The translations under genes were made by a program, and so were the position numbers. From NCBI GenBank assembly GCA_047601445.1, contig JASGJH010000001.1, forward strand, positions 7,648,001 to 7,712,000: a stretch of 64,000 nucleotides of DNA. Reading direction: 5' to 3'. This document shows, piece after piece, positions 41,615 to 51,034 of the stretch; the first letter of the stretch is position 1; each line of letters begins with the position of its first letter. A model generated the notes under the pieces. It ran no database searches and was not told the DNA's origin. It worked only from the letters and a program-made list of their open reading frames with translations. This stretch comes from Myxococcales bacterium. GTDB taxonomy: Bacteria > Myxococcota_A > Polyangia > Polyangiales > DASUME01.

Positions 41615-42214
41615 GTGGACCAAGAGAGCCTCGTCGCGCTGCCGACCACCTTGTCGCCGTTGACCTCGGTGCGCAGCACGCTCATCCAGTCCTCCTTGAA
41701 CACACTGCGTCAACGCGGCCACTTCGACCGCTACCGCGACCTGGTCCACCCCGAGCACCGCGAGACCATCCTCGGTTCGCTCGCACCCGAGTGGCTGCCC
41801 ATCGACGTGGCCATGGCGCACTACGCGGCCTGCGATGCGCTGCAGATGAGCGCGCAAGAGCTCCACGAGATCGGCGAAGAGGTCGGCAACCGCATTCAGG
41901 GCACGTTCCTCGATCACATCGTGCGGCGCGCGCGCGCCATGGGGCTCACGCCCTGGATTCCGCTGGCTCAAATCGGGCGCCTCTGGGAACGCCTCTTCGA
42001 GGGCGGCGCGCCCGGGCTGACGAAGGTGGGACCCAAAGATGCCATGGTCGACCTGCGCAACCTCAAGCTCTGCCGCTATGCCTATTTTCGGGCGGCGTTT
42101 TGCGGCGTGCTCACGTCGGGCATCAAGCTCGGTGCCGGCCGCGCGGTTCACACGCGCATCCTCGACCTGCGCGAGCCCGAGCATCGCATGCGCGTACGGG
42201 TGGAGTGGGTCTGA
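41615..42214 (+). CDS. Hypothetical protein (myxobacterial DUF2378-like family possible)
   Basis: VRSTLIQSSL...WLPIDVAMAHY pattern resembles an expanded myxobacterial family; strong GC-ending codon bias. Confidence 0.65.
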   Translation: MDQESLVALPTTLSPLTSVRSTLIQSSLNTLRQRGHFDRYRDLVHPEHRETILGSLAPEWLPIDVAMAHYAACDALQMSAQELHEIGEEVGNRIQGTFLDHIVRRARAMGLTPWIPLAQIGRLWERLFEGGAPGLTKVGPKDAMVDLRNLKLCRYAYFRAAFCGVLTSGIKLGAGRAVHTRILDLREPEHRMRVRVEWV

Positions 42215-42270
42215 GCTGAGTCCGAGCTTGTCTCCGTGACCGCACGGGGCAATCGATCCATGCTCCCCGT

Positions 42271-43998
42271 GTGGTGCGCGACGCTCACCGAATCGGTGCC
42301 GACCTCCGTGAGATCGCGGCGCTCCTGGGGCTGTCCAAGGATGCCGCGCGCTTCAAGGCCAAGGCCTACGAGCAGGGTGCCCTGTTGGTGGACAGCGTGG
42401 GCGACGTGTTGGGCGAGCTCATCGGGAGCGGCAGCCTGATCGACGTGAAGGGCATCGGTCCGAGTCTGTGTCGGGACATCCAGGAGATCTGGCACACCGG
42501 CTGCTCTTCGCTGCTGCAGCGCCTGCGCGAGCAACATCCCCTAGGCACGGGGCAGCTGGCGCAGATCCCTGGTCTCACGGCGCGCCGCATCGGGGTGCTG
42601 CAGGAGAAGCTGCACGTGACCTCGGTGGCGATGTTGGAAGAACTCTGTCGCAAGCACGAGGTGCGAGGGCTGCCGGGCTTCGGTGCGCGGGTCGAGGAGC
42701 GCGTGCTTGCGGGCATCGAGGCGGCGCGCAAGCCACGGAGGGGTCCGATTCGGCTGCGGCTCGCGGAGGCGTTGGGGCTGGCAGAGCGCCTGCGCGAGGA
42801 GCTGCAGCAGGCGCTTCCGAGCGCGCAGGTCGAACTCTCCGGGGGCGTGCGTCGTCGCGACGAACTGGTGGACGAGATCGCGCTCGTGATCGTGGGGGCC
42901 GAGGAGAGCGCCGCGCTGGACGCGGTGGCTGGCCTGAGCTCGGTGATCTACTTGAATCGTGCGCGCTGCCAGGCGCGCCTGAGCGACGGCATCGGCCTCA
43001 GCGTGTACCTCGCGCCATCGGAGAGTGCGGGGGCGGGTAGGGTGCGCGCGAGCAGCACCGGCGAGCACTGGGCGGCCCTCGTGGAGCGCGCCCGTGAACG
43101 CGGTCTGGCCTTGCAGGTAGATGGCCTCTACGACCACGGACAGCGCTTGCCCCAGAGCGGCGACGAAGCCGGGCTGTATGCGACGCTCGGGCTGCCGGCC
43201 ATCCCCGCGGAGCTGCGCGGACCGTGGCAAGCGCCGGGCGAGCTATTCGCTCGCGACACCTTCGACGATCTCTTGAGCGAGCAGGACGTGCGCGGCGCGG
43301 TGCACTGCCACACCACCTACTCGGATGGGCGCAACAGCATCGAGGAGATGGCGCTGGCGGCCGAGGCGCTCGGGCTCGAATACATCACCATCACCGACCA
43401 CTCGCCCCTCGCCAGCTATGCAGGCGGCGTGACCCTCGACCGGCTCGCCCGCCAGTGGGACGAGATCGCCGAGGTCCAGGCGCGCGTGAAGATCAGGATC
43501 CTGCGCGGCACCGAGTCGGACATCTTGGCCGACGGTGCGCTCGACTACCCGGATTCCGTGCTGGCCCAGTTCGACGTGATCATCGCCAGCATTCACGGGC
43601 GCTTCGGCATGGGACGCCGCGAGATGACCGAGCGTTTGGTGCGCGCCATGGAGCAGCCGGTCTTCAAGATTTGGGGTCACGCATTGGGGCGCTTGCTGCT
43701 GGAGCGGGAACCCTTCGAGTGCGACGTGGAAGCCGTGTTGGACGCGTTGGCGCGCTCGCGCGGTGCGGTCGAGATCAACGGTGATCCCTACCGTCTCGAC
43801 CTGCCGCCGGAGTGGGTTCCCCACGCGCGCAAGCGGGGAATTCCGTTCGTGGTCTCGGTGGACGCCCATTCGACCCAGGGCCTCAACGTACTGCCCTACG
43901 CGGTGATGATGGCGCGCCGCGGTGGCCTGAGACGCGACGAGGTCCTCAATACGCGTTCGGTGGAGGCGTTCATGGCCCAGGTGAGGCCCGGGACTTAG
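42271..43998 (+). CDS. Family X DNA polymerase/PHP protein (non-canonical polymerase site)
   Basis: HhH motifs (VKGIG, IPGL, LPGFG), IPAELR, PHP motifs HCHTTYSDG, TDHS, DAH. Confidence 0.9.
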   Translation: MVRDAHRIGADLREIAALLGLSKDAARFKAKAYEQGALLVDSVGDVLGELIGSGSLIDVKGIGPSLCRDIQEIWHTGCSSLLQRLREQHPLGTGQLAQIPGLTARRIGVLQEKLHVTSVAMLEELCRKHEVRGLPGFGARVEERVLAGIEAARKPRRGPIRLRLAEALGLAERLREELQQALPSAQVELSGGVRRRDELVDEIALVIVGAEESAALDAVAGLSSVIYLNRARCQARLSDGIGLSVYLAPSESAGAGRVRASSTGEHWAALVERARERGLALQVDGLYDHGQRLPQSGDEAGLYATLGLPAIPAELRGPWQAPGELFARDTFDDLLSEQDVRGAVHCHTTYSDGRNSIEEMALAAEALGLEYITITDHSPLASYAGGVTLDRLARQWDEIAEVQARVKIRILRGTESDILADGALDYPDSVLAQFDVIIASIHGRFGMGRREMTERLVRAMEQPVFKIWGHALGRLLLEREPFECDVEAVLDALARSRGAVEINGDPYRLDLPPEWVPHARKRGIPFVVSVDAHSTQGLNVLPYAVMMARRGGLRRDEVLNTRSVEAFMAQVRPGT

Positions 43999-44080
43999 GC
44001 GAGCTCGGCCATTGCCGAATGTGACGCGTGTCTACTCTTCCTGAGAGGCGACGGAGGGTCGCGAAAGGAGACAGAGAGCC

Positions 44081-44209
44081 ATGGAACGCAATCGCGAGGA
44101 TCTCGCAGAGAAGCAAAGCGGGCGCGTGCTCGTGCCGGCGGTCTTGTGGATGGCGGGCGTCCCGTTCGGGCTGGTGCTCTTACTCTGGTTCTTCTTCTTC
44201 CGGGGCTAG
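44081..44209 (+). CDS. Small membrane protein (42 aa)
   Basis: AAGGAGA RBS; MERNREDLAEKQSGRVLVPAVLWMAGVPFGLVLLLWFFFFRG; below the ORF-track size cutoff. Confidence 0.65.
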   Translation: MERNREDLAEKQSGRVLVPAVLWMAGVPFGLVLLLWFFFFRG

Positions 44210-44298
44210 ATCGGCGCAAGATTTTCCAAGTCGAGGGCGGCGGACGAGCCTATCTCGTGGGTGAACCCGGCAAGCACAATCAATCAGGAGGGGAACCC

Positions 44299-44694
44299 AT
44301 GGCTACGGTCGAACAAGAAATCTTCATCGACGTCCCGCGCGAGGTCGTCTGGGATGCGGTCAGGGACGTCGGTGCACTCCATACCAGGCTCGTGCCCGGC
44401 TTCGTGGTCGACACCAAGCTCGAGGGCGATTCGCGCCTGGTGACCTTCGGCAATGGCATGCAGGTGCGCGAGCCCATTCTCTCCGTGGACGGCGAGCGCT
44501 TTCGTCTGGCGTGGGGAGCCGAAGGAGGGGCACTCACGCACTACAACGCGGGCCTGCAGCTGTTTGCGGAGCACGGTGGGACGCGCGTGGTGTGGACGAG
44601 CGACCTCTTGCCCCACGCCATGGCCGATCAGGTCAGTGGCATGCAGAGAGAAGGACTACGCGTGATGAAACAAACGCTCGAGGAGAAGCGCTGA
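44299..44694 (+). CDS. SRPBCC/polyketide cyclase-like protein
   Basis: AGGAGG RBS; VWDAVRDVGALHTRLVPGFV, R.VTFGNG, TRVVW. Confidence 0.85.
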   Translation: MATVEQEIFIDVPREVVWDAVRDVGALHTRLVPGFVVDTKLEGDSRLVTFGNGMQVREPILSVDGERFRLAWGAEGGALTHYNAGLQLFAEHGGTRVVWTSDLLPHAMADQVSGMQREGLRVMKQTLEEKR

Positions 44695-44848
44695 ATTCGA
44701 GCGCGCTGCTCGCATAGACACTGCTAACTGGTGTGACCACTCCCGTCCATTCACGTTCGTGAGCTGGTGCGGATCGACGCGTGCGACCTTGGGTGCCATG
44801 GTTGGCCCCATTGCTTTCGCGCGCCCCCGCGCGCGCCGCCCGAGCCGT

Positions 44849-46069
44849 ATGACCCTCTCGAAGCCAAGCGCCCACATCGAGCACGCCGATCCTATCGAAG
44901 CCCTGGCCCATCAACAGTTGAGCGCCCTGGAACGCGCCGGCACCTTGCGAACCCTGCGCACCTTCGAGGGGCCCCTGGGCCCACGCATGCGGGTCGAGGG
45001 CCGCGAGGTGTTGATGTTCTCGAGCGGCAACTACCTGGATCTGGCTCACCACCCGGAGGTCGTGGCAGCGGCTGCCGAGGCGGCCCTCGGCGTGGGCACG
45101 GCGGCGAGCGGCTCGCGCCTGATCACCGGCAACTTGAGCTGTCATGACCTCCTCGAGCGCGAACTGGCGGAGTTCTTCGGCAAGCAAGCCGCCCTCGTGT
45201 TCAGCACCGGCTACATGCTGAACGTGGGGGTCATCCCGGCCCTGGTGGGGCCCTCGGACGTGGTGTTCTCGGATTCCCTCGTGCACGCCTCCATCATCGA
45301 CGGCGTGCGGCTCTCGCGGGCCGAGGTGGTGATCTTCCCTCACGGCGATGTGGATGGTCTGCGGGAACGGGTGCGTGAGCGCCAGGGGCGTGCGCGGCGC
45401 ATGCTGATCGTGGTGGACGGCGTGTACAGCATGGACGGGGATCTCGCGCCGCTCGCGGGCATCGCAGGAGTGGCCAGCGAGTTCGACGCGATGTTCATGG
45501 TGGACGACGCGCACGGCACGGGCACGCTCGGTAAGCTCGGTCAGGGCGCGGTGGAGCTCCACGACGTGCTGTCGCGCGTGGACATCTTGGCGGGTACGCT
45601 CGGCAAGGGGCTCGGCTCCTTCGGAGCGTTCTTGGTGGGCTCGCACAGGTTGCGTGATCTGCTGATCAACACGGCCCGCAGCTTCATCTTCTCGTGCGCT
45701 TTGCCTCCGCCCCAAGTGGAGGCTGCGCGCGCTGCGCTGCGCATCGTGCAGCGCGAGCCCTGGCGCAGACAGGCGCTGCAAGAGCGCGCCCAAACCCTGC
45801 GCATGCTGCTCCAGGCTGGCGGTCTGAGCACGGCCCCGAGCAACACGCACATCGTGCCGGTGATCCTGGGCGACAACGCGCGCACCATGACCGTCACCCG
45901 TGCCCTGCTCGAGCGCGGCTTTCACGCCCAGGGGATCCGCTATCCTTCGGTGCCGGAGGGCACGGCCCGCTTGCGGCTGACTCCCATGGCCACCCACACG
46001 GATCGAGAGGTCCGCGACCTGGCGGCCGCCGTGCTCGACGTCACGCGCAGCATTCCAGCAGCTGGTTGA
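44849..46069 (+). CDS. bioF: 8-amino-7-oxononanoate synthase-like PLP enzyme
   Basis: NYLDL, GSRLITG, HASIIDG, SMDGD, DDAHG, GTLGK, RLRL. Confidence 0.8.
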   Translation: MTLSKPSAHIEHADPIEALAHQQLSALERAGTLRTLRTFEGPLGPRMRVEGREVLMFSSGNYLDLAHHPEVVAAAAEAALGVGTAASGSRLITGNLSCHDLLERELAEFFGKQAALVFSTGYMLNVGVIPALVGPSDVVFSDSLVHASIIDGVRLSRAEVVIFPHGDVDGLRERVRERQGRARRMLIVVDGVYSMDGDLAPLAGIAGVASEFDAMFMVDDAHGTGTLGKLGQGAVELHDVLSRVDILAGTLGKGLGSFGAFLVGSHRLRDLLINTARSFIFSCALPPPQVEAARAALRIVQREPWRRQALQERAQTLRMLLQAGGLSTAPSNTHIVPVILGDNARTMTVTRALLERGFHAQGIRYPSVPEGTARLRLTPMATHTDREVRDLAAAVLDVTRSIPAAG

Positions 46070-46134
46070 GCGGAAAATCCGCGTTCCGAGCTGCCTCCAT
46101 GGGACCGCCTCGAGGCCTGCGGTACACTGGCCAG

Positions 46135-46992
46135 ATGGGTGCGCGCACCATCTACCAGAGTCCCTCGCTGCGCGTCGACGACTACCGTTGCGGCGCTGCG
46201 CCCGGGGACCCCAGTTTTCCGGAGCAGCACCACACGCACTGCCTGGCCTTCGTGCGACGTGGCAGCTTCGGCTATCGGGTACGCGGCAAACCCCATCAGC
46301 TCGTCGCGGGGGCGCTGCTCGTGGGACGCAAGGGCGACGAGTTCGTGTGCACCCACGACCACCATTGCGGCGGAGACGAGTGCCTGTCGCTGCACCTTTC
46401 GGAGGAGCTGGCGGATCAAGTCGGCCAGCGGCTCTCCGTATTCGAGGTGGGCTGCGCGCCACCCTTGCCGGAGCTGATGGTATTGGGCGAGCTGGCCCAG
46501 GCAGCCGCCGAGGGCAGTAGCAGCCTCGCGGTGGAGGAGGCCGGCATGTTCCTGGCGGCACGTTTCGCGCAGCTCGTGAGCGACCGGCCTGCCAAGTCAT
46601 GCAGGGGCACCAGCGTGGACCGCCGGCGTGCGGTAGATGCCGCGCTCTGGCTCGACCAGCATGCGCATGAGGAAGTCGGGCTCGAGGATTTGGCGCGCGA
46701 GGCCGGCCTTAGCAGCTTCCATTTCCTGCGCATGTTCTCCAACGCACTCGGCGTGAGTCCGCACCAGTATCTGCTGCGGGTGCGCCTACGGCGGGCGGCG
46801 CGCCACTTGGCCGAGCGCGAGCTCTCGGTGACCGAGATCGCCTATGCGGTAGGCTTCTCGGACCTGTCGAACTTCGTGCGCACCTTCGGGCGAGCGGCGG
46901 GAATGACACCGAGCGCTTTTCGGGAGAGGGCTTGGGGGAAGAGGGTGGGCACTCAGACCAAGCCGTCCTCGGGGTCGAGAACGCATTCGTGA
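46135..46992 (+). CDS. AraC family transcriptional regulator
   Basis: Cupin-like N-terminus, LSSFHFLRMF, IAYAVGFSDLSNFVRTF. Confidence 0.9.
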   Translation: MGARTIYQSPSLRVDDYRCGAAPGDPSFPEQHHTHCLAFVRRGSFGYRVRGKPHQLVAGALLVGRKGDEFVCTHDHHCGGDECLSLHLSEELADQVGQRLSVFEVGCAPPLPELMVLGELAQAAAEGSSSLAVEEAGMFLAARFAQLVSDRPAKSCRGTSVDRRRAVDAALWLDQHAHEEVGLEDLAREAGLSSFHFLRMFSNALGVSPHQYLLRVRLRRAARHLAERELSVTEIAYAVGFSDLSNFVRTFGRAAGMTPSAFRERAWGKRVGTQTKPSSGSRTHS

Positions 46993-46998
46993 CCGGCC

Positions 46999-47406
46999 CT
47001 ATGCTCCTCTCCCCACCCGCGCCTGAAGCGTATCGACGGCTTGCAGCAGCGCTCTTCGCGGCACGGGCTTGTTGAGCCAGTCGACCGCTCCCATCTTGCT
47101 GGCGGCGGTCTCGATGTCGAGGTGCGCCGACAGCAGGATCACGGGGATGTCTGCCCAGGCCGGGTCCGCCAGCTGGCGCTCGCGAAATTGCCAGCCATCC
47201 ATCACGGGCATGTTGAGGTCGAGCAGGATACCAAGGGGGCGACACGAGCCGCTGCGCAGGAATGCGAGGGCCTCGGCGCCATTGTCCGCCCTGCAGACCT
47301 TCCAGCCATGATCCTCCAATAGCTCTCCGATCACGTTGGAGACTGCCCGGTCGTCTTCGACGATCAGGATGCACGGCTTTTCGGCGCAGCACGGCTCACG
47401 CGTCAT
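46999..47406 (-). CDS. Single-domain response regulator
   Basis: IVEDD, LLDLNMPVMDG, LLSA, KP. Confidence 0.9.
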   Translation of the reverse strand: MTREPCCAEKPCILIVEDDRAVSNVIGELLEDHGWKVCRADNGAEALAFLRSGSCRPLGILLDLNMPVMDGWQFRERQLADPAWADIPVILLSAHLDIETAASKMGAVDWLNKPVPRRALLQAVDTLQARVGRGA

Positions 47407-48661
47407 GCTCACACCCGAGCGGCAGCGTCAGCGAGACGGCGCAGCCGCGCTCGCCCCGGCTCGCCACCGAGATGGCGCCAGCGTGGGCGTCGGCGATTTG
47501 CTTGGCCTTGAACAGACCGAGCCCGAGCCCCGCGTGATTGGCCATCGAGTCCAGGCGCCTCACACAGGAATGTTCGTCGACCAGCGCCATCCCTTCGTCG
47601 CAGACCTCCACGTGCGCAAACTCGTTGTGCCGGTGCAACGACACGCGCACCGGGCAGCCAGCGCCGAACTTCAGCGCATTGGACAACAGGGCGCGCAGGG
47701 CTTGCTCGATGAGCTCGCGGTCCCAGCTGCCCCTGAGTGGCTGCTCCGACGTCACGTAGATCGGACTATTGGCCCAGCGCGCCGCGCCCGCGAGCTTGGC
47801 GGTGACCGCCTGGACCGCGTCGGCGAGCTCGAACTCAGACAGCGTGAGCACCATGCTGCGGTCAGTCATGGTCGCCGCCAAGAGCTCATTGACCAGGGTA
47901 TTCAATGCACCGACGCTCGCCGCCGCGGCCGATACCTTGCCGGGTAAGCGCGCGTCCAGTTGCATTCCGTCTGCCTTGTCGGTGATGGCTTCGATGCTCT
48001 CCACCTGCAGGGTGAGGCTGGTCAACGGCGTGCGCAGCTCGTGTGCCGCTGTGGAGATGAACTCCTCGCGTGACTCGAGTGCCCGCCGCGTCTCCGCGAT
48101 CTGACGGTTGAGCTCCGAATAAAGTCGCACGTTCTCCATCGCCACCGAGGTCAGATCCGCGAGCGCCCGCAGCAAGGTCACTTCGGCGTCCGTGGCGCGG
48201 TGGTGTTGGGACCAGTAAATGCCGATGGCGCCCACCGGGTGGGCGGTTCGGATGGGGACCATCGCGAGGCTCGTCACGTAGGTGGCCCGATAGGCATCCA
48301 CCGGAACGCGTGAATCCTGGTAGATGTCTTCGATCACGGCAGCCTCGCGGTGCAGCATCGTCCAGCCGCTCACGCAGATACGCATGGGGAAGCGCGAGCC
48401 CTTCCAGAGCGGCTCGATCGATTCCTCGTCGGCATAGAAGCACAGGTCACCGTCGCGCAACACGAAGGACGCGCCGTCGGCCTGCGTGAGCTGGCGCGCC
48501 GAGTGTTTGACGATGGCCATCACATCGGAGAGTTCGCGAGCCGTGGAGAGTGTCTGCGCGACCTCGACCAGGTGTTGTGTCGCGTCGAGCTGGGAACGCA
48601 GGAGCGAGAGGTCGACGCTGTGCGCCTGGTGGTCAGCTAGGTGTGCGAGCGTCGAGCCCAA
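47396..48661 (-). CDS. GAF-domain sensor histidine kinase
   Basis: GAF domain (IEDIYQDSR), H-box AHELRTPL, N-box LLSNALKF, GLGLGL. TTG 48661 follows GAGGAGG; start uncertain, ORF open to 48829. Confidence 0.85.
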   Translation of the reverse strand: MGSTLAHLADHQAHSVDLSLLRSQLDATQHLVEVAQTLSTARELSDVMAIVKHSARQLTQADGASFVLRDGDLCFYADEESIEPLWKGSRFPMRICVSGWTMLHREAAVIEDIYQDSRVPVDAYRATYVTSLAMVPIRTAHPVGAIGIYWSQHHRATDAEVTLLRALADLTSVAMENVRLYSELNRQIAETRRALESREEFISTAAHELRTPLTSLTLQVESIEAITDKADGMQLDARLPGKVSAAAASVGALNTLVNELLAATMTDRSMVLTLSEFELADAVQAVTAKLAGAARWANSPIYVTSEQPLRGSWDRELIEQALRALLSNALKFGAGCPVRVSLHRHNEFAHVEVCDEGMALVDEHSCVRRLDSMANHAGLGLGLFKAKQIADAHAGAISVASRGERGCAVSLTLPLGCEHDA

Positions 48662-48944
48662 GACCCTTCCCTCCTCATCATTAACCTTACGGCGAAAATT
48701 CTGCGAGGTAAGGAAAAGATGCACAGCTCGCGTGAGTCGAGAGGAGACGCGCGCGAGATCGTCACGCCCGTCGCGAGCACGACTCGAGCCGGTCGCGGCT
48801 GGTGCAGACTCGGTCTGATGAATTCTCAACCATGTCGATGCTCAGAAGCGCTGCGCGTACGGTCGCCATCGGTCGGAGATCTCGCTTGTGGACAGTGTCT
48901 GCTTCGGACGGGTGCAGATGGGGCGCACCTCAAGAGCAATCTCG

Positions 48945-49604
48945 TCAGGGACGCAGTCCTCGTAGCTGCAGCTCCAGCGAACCCCTGAGCACTGCGTCGC
49001 GCGCCGCTGGGATCGATGGCACGTGTCCGCTCACACCCGCCAACAAGGCTGCGAAGTAGAGCGCGAATAGGTTGTGCGCCGCTTGCATGGCCGGGACGTC
49101 CGCGCTGACTTCGCCTCGCACGGCGGCCTCGCGCACGAGCTCGGAGAGCCGATGCAGGAAGCCGAGCGTCATCGCGCGCAAGACCTGCCCGTTGGGTCCG
49201 CGCGCGGTGGGGAAGACGCGGATGAAGGAGAGTGCCAGCGCAGGATGCTCGCCGTACATCTCGAACAGCCCTCCGAACAGGTGCAGCAGTTGGACGAGCA
49301 GATCGCCGCGGCGAGGTAAGGTGGCGAACAGTCTGTCGACGGTCTCGCGCAGGCGGTCGTGCATCACCATGCACAGGAGGTCGTCCTTGTCGCTGGCGTA
49401 GAGGAAGAGCGTGCCCTTGGCGACCTCCGCCCGAGCCGCGACCTGCGCCATGGTGGCGGCCTCGAAACCCTCGGCCAGAAACAGCGCAAAGGCGGCGTCG
49501 CGGATGCGCTCTCGCTTGTCGAGCTTGTTGCGCTCGCGCGCGGAAAGCGCCGGAATCGCTGGGCTTTGAGTGCGCTTTCTCGGCTTTGTTTTGACCGCGG
49601 TCAT
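48945..49604 (-). CDS. TetR family transcriptional regulator
   Basis: IRDAAFALF..GFEAATMAQVAARAEVAKGTLFLY..DKDDL. Confidence 0.92.
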   Translation of the reverse strand: MTAVKTKPRKRTQSPAIPALSARERNKLDKRERIRDAAFALFLAEGFEAATMAQVAARAEVAKGTLFLYASDKDDLLCMVMHDRLRETVDRLFATLPRRGDLLVQLLHLFGGLFEMYGEHPALALSFIRVFPTARGPNGQVLRAMTLGFLHRLSELVREAAVRGEVSADVPAMQAAHNLFALYFAALLAGVSGHVPSIPAARDAVLRGSLELQLRGLRP

Positions 49605-49666
49605 CTAGGTCACCCGAAGATACCCTTGACTCCTGAGGCCATCAAACCAATATATGACCGCGGTCA
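49592..49666. promoter_or_regulatory. Two identical palindromes TGACCGCGGTCA (candidate TetR operators)
   Basis: Copies at 49592-49603 (over the tetR start codon) and 49655-49666; TTGACT at 49626 lies between them. Confidence 0.78.
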
Positions 49667-49693
49667 GTTTTTTGGATGGCCAAGGAGAGCCCG

Positions 49694-50311
49694 ATGAATG
49701 GCAATGACGCCTACCCTGACGCATGGAACATGCTCGAGGCACGCGCGCGCTACTTCGAGCGCAACGGCTTCGGCGAGGGCGGCGGCTACGACGAGCCCTA
49801 CGTGGACTTCAAGCTAGGTCCGCTCGCGTTCCGGTTCCCCAACACCGAGGGCCGTTTGCGCGCGGTGCGCTACCACGACCTGCATCACGTGGTTACTGGT
49901 TACCAGACCGACGCGCGCGGTGAGTTCGAGATCTCAGCCTGGGAGATCGGCGCTGGCTGCAAGGGGTTCTTCGCGGCCTGGGTCTTGAATCTGGGCGGGT
50001 TCGCGGGCGGCGTGTTCAGCATTCCCAGGCGCACCTGGCGCGCGTTCGTGCGCGGACGGCGTAGCCGCACCCTCTACGGCGAGGAACTCGCCACGTTGCT
50101 CGCGGAGAACGTGGGCCAGGTGCGAGCGCGCACCGGCGTCGAGCCCGCCGAGAGTGTGGTCAGGATGCGTGCCTCGGACGCCGTCTGGTTCGTCGCGTTC
50201 GCGTGGCTCGGCCTGGTGATCGGGCTAGCCCTTTCGGTCGTCGGAGCCGTCCTGGCTCTGCCTTTGCTTTTGGCCAGGGGGGTACGGGGAACATCGGGGC
50301 TCAAGGCGTGA
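49694..50311 (+). CDS. Coq4-like metal-binding membrane protein
   Basis: HDLHHVVTGYQTDARGE (HDxxH-x11-E) motif; AAGGAG RBS; C-terminal TM helix. Confidence 0.65.
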   Translation: MNGNDAYPDAWNMLEARARYFERNGFGEGGGYDEPYVDFKLGPLAFRFPNTEGRLRAVRYHDLHHVVTGYQTDARGEFEISAWEIGAGCKGFFAAWVLNLGGFAGGVFSIPRRTWRAFVRGRRSRTLYGEELATLLAENVGQVRARTGVEPAESVVRMRASDAVWFVAFAWLGLVIGLALSVVGAVLALPLLLARGVRGTSGLKA

Positions 50312-50786
50312 CCCGCAGCGCCAGGTGAGCGCGAATCTCGCCCAGGTTCGACTGTTGCGTGACCTCGAACGCATAGGGCCCTGGTGCCACCACCACGGCC
50401 ATCAACGCATCGGGAGGGCCACCACTCACGTGATAGGTACAGCGTGCACCCGAGCAGCACGCTGGAGCTAGCGCACGGCGGGCTTCGCGATTCCTGAATA
50501 GCTTGGTCAGGCGCGGCGCGTCGATGTCGAAGCCGAACGTGGGATCGATGGTGGCGGGCAGCGGCAGCGCGGCGCGCGCCACACCGCCGTGGAGCTGCGA
50601 GAACACGGTGGTGCTCAGCACGTGCTCGTTGCGCCTTTGCAGGTCACTCATCTCGAGCCACAGGACGCCGAGCAAGCACAGCAGCACGCACAGCGCGAGC
50701 CGCAGGTTCCAGTTCGCGAAGACACGGCTGGTGATGGGTTGGTGCGTGGAGCGCAACGGGAGGCGCCACTGCGCGAAGCGTGCCAC
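50301..50786 (-). CDS. Hypothetical protein with one TM helix
   Basis: Fills the gap between genes; hydrophobic helix LALCVLLCLLGVLWL. Confidence 0.45.
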   Translation of the reverse strand: MARFAQWRLPLRSTHQPITSRVFANWNLRLALCVLLCLLGVLWLEMSDLQRRNEHVLSTTVFSQLHGGVARAALPLPATIDPTFGFDIDAPRLTKLFRNREARRALAPACCSGARCTYHVSGGPPDALMAVVVAPGPYAFEVTQQSNLGEIRAHLALRVTP

Positions 50787-51034
50787 CGGCGTGAAGCGTA
50801 AAAACCGGCCTCGACCACGGAGTCACGACGGTCTCGAAACGCCTCGTCAACAGTGCTTGGGGAATTGCCCCCCAGTGCGGCCGAGGAGAATCTCCCCACG
50901 TCCCGATTCTCAGCGCTATCAAATCCGCTTCCGTATTCGGGCTGGCTTTTCCGCCTCGAGCGGGATCCGAAGCGGCACCCATGACGTCTTGGAGTCACGC
51001 GTACGAACGACCGTCGGTCTTTCTCGGGGTGCCC

